This document shows positions 1 through 10,900 of a DNA stretch of 64,000 bases, piece by piece. The DNA is from an uncultured Candidatus Saccharibacteria bacterium (lineage in GTDB: Bacteria; Patescibacteriota; CALEFQ01): the NCBI GenBank assembly GCA_965230955.1, contig OZ246404.1, positions 988,291 through 1,052,290 of the forward strand, written 5' to 3'. A program made the position numbers and the translations under genes. How positions within the stretch are numbered: the stretch's first letter is position 1; each line of letters begins with the position of its first letter. Under the pieces are notes generated by a model, which did no database searches, was not told where the DNA came from, and worked only from the letters and a program-made list of their open reading frames with translations.

Positions 1-366
1 CATAATCACCTGGCCGGATGAATCCAACAAGGAAACCTTGAAAACCTCCGGCGTGGTTTGCACTATCTGCTTCAAGCGCTGATTGGCTCGATTATAATAA
101 TTCGTGTAATCAGGTGAATCTTTGACCGCGCCCAAAAGATCGGTAAAGGCAAAACCATTACTCGCGGTCGACTTAATCAGATCGCGATAACTGTTTAAAT
201 AAAGATTGACTTGCCCAGCACGTGATTCGGTAGCGGTTTCCAAATGCGACAAAATCAGCCGATCCAAAACTGTTTGGGTCTGACGAACTACGACAAAACC
301 GATCGCAACCGTCAAGCAAGCGAAGAAAACAAGGAAAGACCACAAAATTTTAGATCGGATTTTCAT
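1..366 (-). CDS. membrane sensor-like protein, N-terminal fragment (gene continues past window start)
   Basis: rc ATG at 364-366; translation MKIRSKILWSFLVFFACLTVAIGFVVVRQTQ... gives a signal-anchor TM helix followed by an extracytoplasmic domain; open to the window edge; same strand, 9 nt after the 376..564 ORF. Confidence 0.3.
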   Translation of the reverse strand, partial: MKIRSKILWSFLVFFACLTVAIGFVVVRQTQTVLDRLILSHLETATESRAGQVNLYLNSYRDLIKSTASNGFAFTDLLGAVKDSPDYTNYYNRANQRLKQIVQTTPEVFKVSLLDSSGQVIM

Positions 367-375
367 TAAATTTGA

Positions 376-564
376 TTATTCCAGTAAATCTAGCAACTTT
401 TGGGCGACACGCATATGACGGTCTTCATCATCACGAATAGCCGTAACTATAGCTCGAGTCTTCTCATCTTTGAGATCACGCAAGTAATCGCTATATAAAT
501 CGCGTGCCTGTTTTTCTAGCCAATAGAGGTCTTCGAACATTTTTGATAAAATTTTGTCAGCCAT
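376..564 (-). CDS. small hypothetical helical protein (62 aa)
   Basis: ORF in operon context, 8-nt overlap with the upstream sensor gene; DEDRHMR segment faintly ferritin/rubrerythrin-like; no confident family. Confidence 0.35.
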   Translation of the reverse strand: MADKILSKMFEDLYWLEKQARDLYSDYLRDLKDEKTRAIVTAIRDDEDRHMRVAQKLLDLLE

Positions 565-1945
565 TGTTGTTTTGCTTCAATTGTTCAAATTTTCCTTTAT
601 GCCCCTCACTTTCCGACACTAATTTCTGCAATAATTCACGAGCGATCGTTTTTTTCTCGGGCTTCAAAGAAGAGCGATCTATTTCAGTCAGGTAAGTACT
701 CCTGAACTTAGCAATCATTGATTCCTCCAGATCAACCGCTTGCTGAAATTTTTGTGACCAATCAGAACCATCATCCACGGGAGATCCGGCTGAGAGAGCT
801 TCTTGTTTTGAACCTCGTTGACGCTCTAATTCAGCCTTCAATTCCACCATCCGCAACTCCCGGCCGACCATCAGCTGATTGAATTTTTCCAAATTTTGGC
901 TTTTTTGCTCGATCAATTGATTAAGTTTGGCTGTCCGCTCTTCGTTTTGCCGCATAAGCGAAAGACTTTCCCGCAATTTATTTTCCTGCTCAAAAGAACG
1001 GGAAATTAATTGAGCCAATTCACCAAACTCGGTTCGGCTGCGCAACAGCGATTCCAGCGGATCGGCCCGATTTTTCTGGAGACTGGCAGAAATTTTACGC
1101 AAGGGACGATTGATCACGATAAACCAAGAAAATATCACTAAAAATAATATTAGGCCGGTGATGGTCGCAAAAAAATAGAGTTGCCGATCTTTAGCCTGAC
1201 TGACAATACTTAAAAAAGGATAAGTAATAGTCATCTCCAACTGCCGGACCACCGACTGATTAATTCCCAGCAGATCAATGCGAAAAGTCGCCTGGCCGGC
1301 ATTAATATCAAAAACAGGGGTGAAAAATATGCCAGGAGCTGGATCTACCAGATCGGCGGTTCCGCCACTCAAATCAGCAATACTACTAAGATATGAATCA
1401 TCCCACTGACGAGCCACGATCCAAAAACCTCTGGGTGCCGAAACCCGGTCAATATCGTCAGACGGCTGAATCGGCGCAGTCCTAACTTCCAAGAAGCCAC
1501 CGGCGGTATTTACATAGAAATGGTTAAAAAATTTACCCGCCACCAATTTTTCCTCCAGCGCGTTTTTTTCCGGGAACTGAGCCAAACCGGCCGCTTGTGA
1601 GTTTTCTGAGGAATAAACCAAATCCAATCCCGGCCGATAAACCCACGCGTAATCAATTTGATAAGTATCAAGCCCCGGCTCCAGATTATCACGCGCCCAA
1701 ACCGGATCGGCGCTAGATGCGAAACTGACCATCTCGTCCCAGCGGGAATAATCATCTCCCAACTGCCTTAACGCATCACCTTTCAAACTGATCGTCCGCT
1801 CGGCCAGCTTAATTTCTTCTTTGGTTTTGGCAATCAGCTGTTCGTTGACGGTAAGATCTTCTTGATATTCAAAAGAAATAATAGCGGCCGCGCTTAAAAC
1901 GATCACCGAAAATATTATGATAGGAATGAGAATATATAGCTTCAT
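557..1945 (-). CDS. membrane sensor protein (TM, extracytoplasmic Cache/CHASE-like domain, TM, cytoplasmic coiled coil) with no kinase or other output domain
   Basis: N-terminal TM helix, ~250-aa periplasmic domain, second TM (LILFLVIFSWFIVI), then a coiled coil ending KFNQLMVGRELRMVELKAELERQ; no H-box or ATPase motifs. Confidence 0.5.
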   Translation of the reverse strand: MKLYILIPIIIFSVIVLSAAAIISFEYQEDLTVNEQLIAKTKEEIKLAERTISLKGDALRQLGDDYSRWDEMVSFASSADPVWARDNLEPGLDTYQIDYAWVYRPGLDLVYSSENSQAAGLAQFPEKNALEEKLVAGKFFNHFYVNTAGGFLEVRTAPIQPSDDIDRVSAPRGFWIVARQWDDSYLSSIADLSGGTADLVDPAPGIFFTPVFDINAGQATFRIDLLGINQSVVRQLEMTITYPFLSIVSQAKDRQLYFFATITGLILFLVIFSWFIVINRPLRKISASLQKNRADPLESLLRSRTEFGELAQLISRSFEQENKLRESLSLMRQNEERTAKLNQLIEQKSQNLEKFNQLMVGRELRMVELKAELERQRGSKQEALSAGSPVDDGSDWSQKFQQAVDLEESMIAKFRSTYLTEIDRSSLKPEKKTIARELLQKLVSESEGHKGKFEQLKQNNNG

Positions 1946-1957
1946 AAATGACTAATG

Positions 1958-4222
1958 TTATTTTTGTTTAAGCCGCTCTATTTCTTTTTTTAGTTGCACC
2001 ATTCTTAATTCACGGTCAACCATCAGCCGATTGAATTTTTCCAGTTCAATCAATTGCTTTTTCATCTTTTCCTGAGTCGTTTTTAATTCGGTAATATCCA
2101 GCGATATACCGATAATTCCCTTCACCCGCCCCCGGTCGTCACGATAAGGAAGTTTGTCGGTATGAAACCATTTTAGGCCATCTGGTGTCGGCATCGATTC
2201 CAAAATATTGAGCTGTGGCCGGCCCGACTTGATCACTTGCTGATCGGCCAGCCAGTATTTCCCAGCCACTTCTTCGCCGTAAATCGACTTCAAATCCTTT
2301 CCTTCAAGCTGTTCACGCGATTTTTTTAGACTATCCGCCAGAGCTCGATTGACCCTGATGAAGCGATTATTAGAATCCTTATAAAAAACCAAGGCGGGAA
2401 TGGCGTCCAGGATCATACTGAGTTCTTGGCCCTGCTGATCCAGCAGCCGCCGGTTCAGAATCAAATCGGTGATATCTTGAAAAATTCCGGTCAATTTGAT
2501 TATTTTTCCGTTTTGTCTTTTGGCCTTGCCGATCGCCCGAACAAAAATTTTACGTCCTTTAGCGGTAATTAAGGACAACTCTAAATCAAAAGGCGTACCG
2601 TCTTTTATGGCGAGCTCAACCGCCCGGGTAATAATCGGCTTAGCTTCCGGCGCGTAAAAATTAATCCCATTCTCCGCCGTCGGTTTAAAGCTTTTGTCCA
2701 GTTCATGGATCTCATAAACTTCATCGGTCCAGTTTTGTCGGCCAGTCGCGACATCCAATTCCCAACCGCCAACCCGGGCAATCCGGCCGGCTTCGGCCAA
2801 TCTTTCTTTGGCCAACTTGATTTCTTCCTCCATTTTTTGCCGCTCGGTAATATCGCGGGCAACCGAGAGGATAACCGGCTGTCCTTCCCAATCGATAATT
2901 TTGCTGCTAAGCTCGGTCGGAATTTTATGGCCGTTTTTAGCGATATGAACCGTCCGAAAAATCGATGACCCCGTCTTTTTGAGCTCCGCTATTTTGCCCG
3001 GGACATTCTTGGCATATTCCGGAGAATCAATATCCTGCGGCTTCATTTTCATCAATTCATCTCGAGAGTAACCCAGCCGATGGCAAGCCGACTGATTCAC
3101 TTCGATGAAATTTCCTTCCGGACTATGGATAAACATCGCGTCTTGCGCCAAATTGAAAACATTCTGGAATTTTTTCCCCTCTTCGGCGCGTGAAATTTCC
3201 GCTTTCCGTTGCGCCGATATGTCACGCAGGGTGATAATTCGTCCCGCCAATTGATCGCCCAGCCGCAAGAACGGATTGACGGTGATCTGCAAATAGTAAT
3301 TCTGATATTGGATTTTGGCCTGATCGGTTTTTTCTTGCTGGTAAAAAGCCGGCGACAAGCCCAAGCGCCGGAGCCAAGTCTCGCCGTCACTGCCGAGCGG
3401 AATGAAATTCACTCCCAGAATCTTTTTGGCCGATTGGTTGATGGCGCTGATTCGATTTTGGGAATCCAGAATAATTTCACCGTCCGCCATCTGGGCAAAC
3501 AAAGTTTTTTCGGCAACCGGGATGATATCCAGCAATTGCCAGCGAAAAATCGCCCAACTGACCATAATGCCGGTAATCACAAACATGACCGGACCGAGAT
3601 CATAGGGGGGCCAGGGATTTAATTTGAAAACATAGAGCGCGTTGCCAATCAAAGGCACGCAACCCGCCACAATCAGTAACTGAGTCTGCCGATGTAACAG
3701 ACCCTTCGAGCGCTGACTGGTCCGGATCAGCCAGACCAGGCCGAGCAAAGTCAAAATATAACTGTAGCCGATATGGATCCAAATCCACCAGCCGTAAGTG
3801 TAAATAACCGGAGAACCGGCGACCGAGCTAATCGGAGTGATCTCAGACCACAGCCAGTGATGCCACTGATTGGTCGCCACCACCAGCAAAGTTACGGCGG
3901 GAATCAACCAGAAAAGCCACAAATTACTAGGCTTTAACCACTTATCGCGTCCGCTGAATCTCACGGCAAAAAAGAACCAGGCAACCGGCAGACTGACTAT
4001 CCCCAAATAACTGAATTGTGACCAGATGATCTTGGTATCAAGCCCGGCGACAAGCGATTCCCCTATCCCGGTAATTGACCACACGGCGCAAGCCAGCATC
4101 ATCACGGCAAACCAGCCGGCGCCAGCCACGGCTCGGCGACGGACGGCATAAATCGCCAGAAAAAACGAGATGGCTCCGGCCGCCCCCAACAAGCTGGCAT
4201 AAATCAAGTTCCCTAGTAGCAT
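1958..4222 (-). CDS. polytopic membrane PAS-domain sensor protein lacking a transmitter domain
   Basis: ~7 N-terminal TM helices, then at least 3 PAS/PAC-like modules; C-terminus KFNRLMVDRELRMVQLKKEIERLKQK matches the C-terminus of the 557..1945 protein; no HisKA/HATPase motifs. Confidence 0.6.
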   Translation of the reverse strand: MLLGNLIYASLLGAAGAISFFLAIYAVRRRAVAGAGWFAVMMLACAVWSITGIGESLVAGLDTKIIWSQFSYLGIVSLPVAWFFFAVRFSGRDKWLKPSNLWLFWLIPAVTLLVVATNQWHHWLWSEITPISSVAGSPVIYTYGWWIWIHIGYSYILTLLGLVWLIRTSQRSKGLLHRQTQLLIVAGCVPLIGNALYVFKLNPWPPYDLGPVMFVITGIMVSWAIFRWQLLDIIPVAEKTLFAQMADGEIILDSQNRISAINQSAKKILGVNFIPLGSDGETWLRRLGLSPAFYQQEKTDQAKIQYQNYYLQITVNPFLRLGDQLAGRIITLRDISAQRKAEISRAEEGKKFQNVFNLAQDAMFIHSPEGNFIEVNQSACHRLGYSRDELMKMKPQDIDSPEYAKNVPGKIAELKKTGSSIFRTVHIAKNGHKIPTELSSKIIDWEGQPVILSVARDITERQKMEEEIKLAKERLAEAGRIARVGGWELDVATGRQNWTDEVYEIHELDKSFKPTAENGINFYAPEAKPIITRAVELAIKDGTPFDLELSLITAKGRKIFVRAIGKAKRQNGKIIKLTGIFQDITDLILNRRLLDQQGQELSMILDAIPALVFYKDSNNRFIRVNRALADSLKKSREQLEGKDLKSIYGEEVAGKYWLADQQVIKSGRPQLNILESMPTPDGLKWFHTDKLPYRDDRGRVKGIIGISLDITELKTTQEKMKKQLIELEKFNRLMVDRELRMVQLKKEIERLKQK

Positions 4223-4299
4223 ATTTTATTTCTTTGGTTTCGGTTTTAACCTTATCGACAAAAACTCAGTAAAAACACTCAAGGAAAACATCACAAAAA

Positions 4300-4707
4300 T
4301 CAATTGGACAGCTTTTTATGAGCCAAAGTGATCAGATCCTTGAGCTGCCAATTGGATTTTATCAGAAAATCATAAACACCTTCGCGTGCGGCCTCGTCGG
4401 CTCGATCGGCGTCCGCCAAATTAGTCAGGACAACAACTTTTATTTTCCGACCCCAATCTTGCGCGCGCATTTGCCTGAGCATTGTCATACCATCCATTTC
4501 CGGCATCACAATATCCAGCAAAACCAAATCGGGCAGGTGCTGTTGCGCCAGAGTCAGTCCTTCACGGCCATTGTGAGCCAGCCAAACTTGAAAACCTTCT
4601 TTGGTGAATCTGTCTCCTAAAATACTCGAGATCGGGATTTCATCTTCGACGATCAGGATTTTTTTACCGGCAGAAACAGGTGTCAACAATTTATTAGTTT
4701 CGGTCAT
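4300..4707 (-). CDS. single-domain response regulator (CheY-like receiver)
   Basis: KKILIVEDE...LLDIVMPEMDG...VVLTN receiver motifs including the phospho-acceptor Asp; 135 aa with no output domain. Confidence 0.85.
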   Translation of the reverse strand: MTETNKLLTPVSAGKKILIVEDEIPISSILGDRFTKEGFQVWLAHNGREGLTLAQQHLPDLVLLDIVMPEMDGMTMLRQMRAQDWGRKIKVVVLTNLADADRADEAAREGVYDFLIKSNWQLKDLITLAHKKLSN

Positions 4708-4722
4708 ATGTGAAAATCCAGT

Positions 4723-7023
4723 TTAAAGACGCTTTTGACCAGACTGGCTCGGCACCGATGCTTGGCCGCGGAGCGGCCAAGAGACAAAAAACGTTGAACC
4801 TTGATTCTCTTTTGAGGTAAACCAAATTTTGCCACCGGTTCGATCTACCATTTTTTTGGTGATATACAAACCCAAACCCTGTCCGGCCGGATCCATTTTA
4901 ATGGCATTATGGCCTCGAAAAAGTTTCACAAACATATCATCTTGATCAGATATGGAAATTCCGCAGCCGGTATCCGAAACGCTCAGCACAATCCGGTGAT
5001 TGGCCGGAGACAAACGAACGGTTATTTTCCCGCGGGGAGAAGTGTATTTGACGGCATTGGATATCAAATTTTGCAATACATGATTGTAAACACTGGCATC
5101 GATCTTGATCTCGGGCAAAGCCGGATCATAAATTTTATTCACGCTTAGCGACTTTGCCGATAATGCTGGCTGAAACTGACGAATGATCTCATCTGTCAGT
5201 GCCGGCAATCGAACATTTTCCGGCTTGATCGCCATAGTGCCTAATTCCAAGCGAGAAACTTCCAGCAAAGAATTTATCAGTTTGGCCATGCGCTGGCTCC
5301 CCAGTACTATTTCTTTGAGGTAATTTTTCTGATCGGGGGAAAAATTTGATACATCCGCCGACAACATTTCACCGTACCAATTGAGTGCAGTCAGCGGTCC
5401 ACGCAACTGGTGTGAAGCCAATGAGACAAATTCCGTTTTGGCCAGGTCGATTTCCCTGTCCCGGGTCACATCTCGAAAGACGCCCACGCAACCCCAGACC
5501 TTTCCCGACTCGGAAAAAATAGGAGAAGCACCGCCGGCAATAGGCAGTCTCGTTCCGTCCCTTCTGATAATTATCAAATGATTCGCCAATGGCGTCGTCT
5601 TGTCACGCTTGATCGCCTGGATCATGAAATCTTCGGCCGAGCGATTGGAATTTTCACGGACAAACACCAAAACCTTTCGGTGCGGCTGGCCGATGGCTTC
5701 GGCGGCTGACCATCCCGTCAGTTCCGACATGACACGATTAAACAAAATTATCTTCCCTTTGGCGTCACAGGCCACCACTCCGTCGCTGATCGCGCCGATG
5801 ATCGCTTTTTCTTTGGCGTTTCTGATAGACTCCAGCGCTTGTTCCAGATTTCGGCGGTCGGTGGTGTCATGGAAAAAACCCATTAGATATGAATGCCCGG
5901 CAATTTCGATCTTGGTGGAATTTATATCCGCGTAAAAAACACTGCCGTTTTTTCGCCGGACCGGTAAATCCGGCGCCAGGTGAATTATTCCCTTCATCTG
6001 CCTTTTGAATGCAGATATCACCCGAGGCAGATCTTTTTTGGGATGAATATCATCAACAGTTAGATGGCTGATTTCTTTTGTAGTATAGCCCAGCATTCGG
6101 GATATGGTCTTGTTCCCCAGGTAGAATTTCCGGCTTCCGGGATCGACGACGATAATTCCATCTTGCGCCTTATCAAAAATGGTTCGAAAACGTTCCTCGG
6201 ATGCTTTCAAAGCGCTCTCGGCTAATTTTTGCTTGGTAATGTCGCGGACAGTGGCCAGCAGAAAAGTTTCTTTCTCGATTTTGACCCTGGACAACAAAAC
6301 ATCGGCCGGGAATTCCTGGCCATCGATTCTTTTATGCACCCACTCGAAAAAATTGGAGCCTTGACGCATCGCCTTGTTTATCATGGCCTTGGCCTTATCG
6401 GGCGAAGATTTACCATCCGGCTGAAACCGAGGGGACAATTTCCAGGGAGCATAAGACAAAAACTCGGCTTCGCTTTTTGCTTTGAATATTTTGAGAGTGG
6501 CAGGATTTCCCGCAGTAAAATTCCAACTGGGCGGTTCCAATGTCATGATGGCATCATGAGAAGCAAAATACAGACTTTGATACTTGTGCACACTGGATTG
6601 TTCTTCACGTTCGGCTTTCCTCAGATTGGTAATGTCTTCGATCGCCAGCAGAAGAATCCGCGGTTTGGCCGGCAGACGGGGAATGCGTCGAGCATTTAAT
6701 AACATGGTTTTAGTCCCAATCTCCTCAAAATCATGCTCAATCTCGTAATTATTGAAGACACTGCTCTTGGTAATGATGTTTTTCAGCAATTGCCGCAGTT
6801 TGGGAATGTCCCATTGCCGATTGCCCAAATCATAAATAAAACGTCCGACTGTCTCCCGCGGCTTAACCCGGAAGGTTTGATAGAAAGACTTGTTGGCTGA
6901 AATTACTTTTAGCTTGTCATCCAGTACGATCAAGGGTTCGCGCACCGTTTCCACAATACCCGAAGCATATTCAAGAGCTTCTACTATCGATCCTGCTATC
7001 TCTTTTTTATAATTAAATTTCAT
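4723..7023 (-). CDS. multi-PAS sensor histidine kinase
   Basis: PAS repeats; H-box EFVSLASHQLRGPLTALNWYGEMLS; HATPase_c N/G boxes (NLISNAVKYT, DTGCGI, GLGLYITKKMV). Confidence 0.85.
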   Translation of the reverse strand: MKFNYKKEIAGSIVEALEYASGIVETVREPLIVLDDKLKVISANKSFYQTFRVKPRETVGRFIYDLGNRQWDIPKLRQLLKNIITKSSVFNNYEIEHDFEEIGTKTMLLNARRIPRLPAKPRILLLAIEDITNLRKAEREEQSSVHKYQSLYFASHDAIMTLEPPSWNFTAGNPATLKIFKAKSEAEFLSYAPWKLSPRFQPDGKSSPDKAKAMINKAMRQGSNFFEWVHKRIDGQEFPADVLLSRVKIEKETFLLATVRDITKQKLAESALKASEERFRTIFDKAQDGIIVVDPGSRKFYLGNKTISRMLGYTTKEISHLTVDDIHPKKDLPRVISAFKRQMKGIIHLAPDLPVRRKNGSVFYADINSTKIEIAGHSYLMGFFHDTTDRRNLEQALESIRNAKEKAIIGAISDGVVACDAKGKIILFNRVMSELTGWSAAEAIGQPHRKVLVFVRENSNRSAEDFMIQAIKRDKTTPLANHLIIIRRDGTRLPIAGGASPIFSESGKVWGCVGVFRDVTRDREIDLAKTEFVSLASHQLRGPLTALNWYGEMLSADVSNFSPDQKNYLKEIVLGSQRMAKLINSLLEVSRLELGTMAIKPENVRLPALTDEIIRQFQPALSAKSLSVNKIYDPALPEIKIDASVYNHVLQNLISNAVKYTSPRGKITVRLSPANHRIVLSVSDTGCGISISDQDDMFVKLFRGHNAIKMDPAGQGLGLYITKKMVDRTGGKIWFTSKENQGSTFFVSWPLRGQASVPSQSGQKRL

Positions 7024-7062
7024 TTATAAAAAGTAAGCCGGTTAAACTACTGCCGTTGAAAA

Positions 7063-7446
7063 TTATTTATCGACTTTGTTATGGACTAGTTTCACCAAGT
7101 CCTTGAGCTGCCAATTAGCTTTGACGAGAAAATCATAAACTCCGCTAGCAGCGGCTTCCTGAACCGATTCCGCGTCGCTCAAATTGGTCAGAATCACCAC
7201 CGGAACGCGCCGGCCGAATTCTCCGCTGGCCCGAAGTTTTTGGAGCATCGTCAGGCCGTCCATTCGAGGCATGATAATATCAAGCAAAATCAAATCCGGC
7301 TGGATCTCCAAAGCCTTTTTTAATCCGAGCAAACCATCGGCGGCCTCGTGAATCCGAAAACCATCTGCCTCGAATTTTGTTTTCAGCGGGCCGATAATGG
7401 TTGCATCGTCCTCAATGATTAGAATCTGCTTTTGGTTTTTAGACAT
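7063..7446 (-). CDS. single-domain response regulator (receiver)
   Basis: ILIIEDD...LLDIIMPRMDG...ILTN; C-terminal ANWQLKDL shared with the two sibling receivers. Confidence 0.85.
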   Translation of the reverse strand: MSKNQKQILIIEDDATIIGPLKTKFEADGFRIHEAADGLLGLKKALEIQPDLILLDIIMPRMDGLTMLQKLRASGEFGRRVPVVILTNLSDAESVQEAAASGVYDFLVKANWQLKDLVKLVHNKVDK

Positions 7447-7576
7447 ATTTTTTTGATTAATACGCCTTTCTTTTGTTTGGATGCCGAGATTATTATAACA
7501 TAAACCAATTTATTGTAAAAGCGGTCCGCCGGCAGCGGATCGCTGATTGATTCCTGATTTTAGAACCTACTCCAGC

Positions 7577-7987
7577 TCATCTGCCTTTTAGTTTCTTTTT
7601 TACCAGAGCCACTATTTGCCACAACTGCCAATTGGACTTGATCAGAAAATCGTACACTCCTTCGCGGCCAGCTTCATCGGCCCGGTCCGCGTCAGCCAAA
7701 TTGGTCAGCATAATGACCGGGATTTTCTTACCCCAGGATTGCGAGCGCATCTTCCGCAACATAGTCATCCCATCCATTTCAGGCATCACAATGTCCAGCA
7801 AGATCAAATCGGGCTTTTTCTGCTCGGCCAAAGACAAACCTTCTTGGCCATTGCGAGCCGTCCAGACCGTAAAACCCTCTTTGGTCAAACGCTCCTGTAA
7901 AATATTACGCACCGGGATTTCGTCTTCTACCACTAAAATTGATTTTCGCGAGACTGAGGTTGCGGCAGCTGGTGTTGTTTGCAACAT
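7577..7987 (-). CDS. single-domain response regulator (receiver)
   Basis: ILVVEDE...LLDIVMPEMDG...MLTN; paralogous to 4300..4707. Confidence 0.85.
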   Translation of the reverse strand: MLQTTPAAATSVSRKSILVVEDEIPVRNILQERLTKEGFTVWTARNGQEGLSLAEQKKPDLILLDIVMPEMDGMTMLRKMRSQSWGKKIPVIMLTNLADADRADEAGREGVYDFLIKSNWQLWQIVALVKKKLKGR

Positions 7988-7991
7988 AAAT

Positions 7992-10900
7992 TTAATATTT
8001 TTTATTTCGTAGTGAATTTAGAGGTTTGCCCTCTTCCGCCTTCATTCCACTCAGCGGCCAAGTGACAAAAAACGTCGATCCTTGATTTTCTTTGGACCGG
8101 AACCAGATCCGTCCGCCGGTACTTTCCATAATTTGCTTGACTATATATAGGCCCAAACCCTGTCCGCTGGGATCAATTTTTGCCGCGTTGTCGGCCCGCC
8201 AGAGTTTATTGAAAACATCAGACTGCTGATCGGCCGGGATTCCGCAACCGGTATCGGCAACACTGAGCAAAAACTCACTGCCCTGTTTACTCAAACTGAG
8301 AGTTATTTTACCCCGTGCCGGTGTATATTTTATGGCGTTGGAAAGCAAGTTTTGCAAAATATGACGATAAATATCTGGATCCAGCTGAATCAATTCCAGC
8401 TTCGGATCGTAGTTTGTAGCCAGTTGGAGTGATTTATCCTTCAAGGACGGCCAGAAATCTTTGATGATTTCTTTCGTCAGTTCGGCCGGACTTATTCTTT
8501 TTGGTTTCACCGACACAGAACGCAGCTCCAAACGCGAAACATCCAACAATGAATCGATCAAACCCACCATCTGTTGGCTCCCCCTGATAATTTCGTTTAA
8601 CTGCGCCTTTTGGGCCGCGGTCAAATTGCTGGTGTCCTCCGACAGCATTTCACTATACCAGTTGAGAGCGGTCAGAGGCGTGCGCAATTGGTGCGAAGCC
8701 AGAGAGATAAACTCAGTTTTGGCTCTATCCGCCCGCGCCCGCTCCGTGATATCGCGCACATTGCATTGGATCACTTTCCGGGTATGATTCTCGGTGTAGA
8801 CATTGCAGACAAATTCGGTATTTATCTGCCGGCCATCCCTGGTCAGTAAGGGCAAATTATCGTAGCGGACATAGCCCTTTTTTTGCAGAATCTGGAAAGT
8901 CTTTTGCGCCAACTTTTTATCCTGGAAAAATCCCAGTTCCCAAAGCCTTTTCCCGACAAAATGTTTCTGGGGGTAACCCAGGATTGATTCTAGGTAAGGA
9001 TTGGCCTCCGTGATCAGTCCGGTATCGGCATTGAGCAATAAAACCCCGTCCTGCGCCGTTTCAAATAGCCGGCGATAGCGATTTTCGGTGATTTCGAGAT
9101 TTGTCAGGGTCTCTTTGATTTTGGTGATATCTCGAACGATCGCCCAAAACCCGACGATTTTCCCGCGAGCATCGCGCAGGACCCAAGTTCGCAGAGAAAC
9201 CGGCACCCGCGTTTTGTCCCGGCGAATATATTCCTTTTCGTAATAATCTGAAAATCCGCGACGCGCCACTTGCTCGCGCAAGATACGGCTCTCAATTTGA
9301 TGCCATTTGGGCGGAGTTAAATCATTGTAAGTCAGGCGGCGCAGTTCCGAGAGAGAATAACCGGTCAAGTCGCAAAAAGCCTGATTGGCTTCCGTAATTC
9401 GACCGGTCAGATCCACTGAAGCGATGCCATCCGCGCTCGATTGGTAGAGACTGCGATATTTCTCTTCCGATTTTTTCAGGATTTCGGTCATCTGCCTCAA
9501 AGAAGTAATATCGCGCGCCACTACCGTCGCCCCGACGATCTTTCCCGTTTGATCAAGCTGGGCGCAAATTGAAGTGGAAAAAGATTTTTTGGTTGAACCA
9601 AAAGGGATCTCGTATTCAACATTTCGGCTTCCGCCCCGGCGCAAAACGTTTTGCAGAACCGGATTGATAATCCTCCGTAAAGCCGGCGGGAAAACCTGTC
9701 TGATGGTTTTGCCCAAAAACTTGTCGGGCGGGGCAAATAAGCTTTTGGGATCTTGGGCGTAATATTTTACAAATCGCCCACGGCGATCCAGCACGAAGAT
9801 CAAATCCGGTATCGACTTAATCAACGCCTGTAATTCTCTCTCCGAACGAGCCACGGAACGCTGATCTTCTTCGTGACGATCAGTTTCAATCCGCAAAGAG
9901 ATGTGATCGGCCACCGAGCCGGAAAAAGCCTGCTCCTCCGGCGTCCAGTAATGAGACGCCCCGACAGACTCACAACAGATGATTCCGATCACCCGACCGT
10001 GCAAACGGATCGGAACATCCATCATGGAAATAATTTTCAGCGGCTTGAGATATCCCGAGGTAAATTCTTTGGTCCGCCGGTCATTTTGGGCGTCATCGGC
10101 CGCAATTACTCGGTTGGCCGCCAAGTGACGAAAATAAACCGGGTAATGACTGGCCAGCAGCCGAGTCCCGTGTTCATGCTTTTTCCGGCTGGAGACATAC
10201 TGATCGGCGCAATAGATGGCCTTGTTGTATTCGGTATAAAACCAAAGGCCAACTCGCTCCACGCCCAGCGCAACGGAAAATTTTTCCAGAATCCGAGCCA
10301 GATCTTCATCAAGGTGAGCAGTAAAAAATATCCGACCGATTTCCAACAATGATTTTTGAAAAAAAATTATTTTTCGCTGGCGCGCACGTTCTTTTTCAGC
10401 CAACGAATGACTAGCTGTGATATTATGCATCGTCACCTGATGTCCGACCAATTTCCCGGCATCAATCACCGGTCGAGCCAGTAAACGATAATATTGCCGC
10501 GTCCCGCGCTTGGAAATGGTTTCTATTTCTACTCCCTGATTTTTTCGCAACGACAAATATGTCCGCAGATAATTAGTGGCCTTAGCCTTGGAATCAGGCG
10601 GTAAATTAGAACCCCGAGTGATATTATGGCCGATCAATTCTTGGCGCTGATAACCGCTCTCACGCACGGCCACCTGGTTCACATCCACAACATTGCCTTT
10701 TAGATCTAAAATCACCACTGAATCAACCAAACCCTCAAATAATTTACGGTATTTATTTTCGCTAATTTTCAACTTTCGGGTGATCTCCAATTGCGAAGTG
10801 ACATCCGTCCCGGAACTGATAATAGCGTATATATTCCCCCGCGCGTCAATCAAGGGAGTATTGTACCAGCGAATAATTTTTTCCCGCTTCTGCTTGGTCA

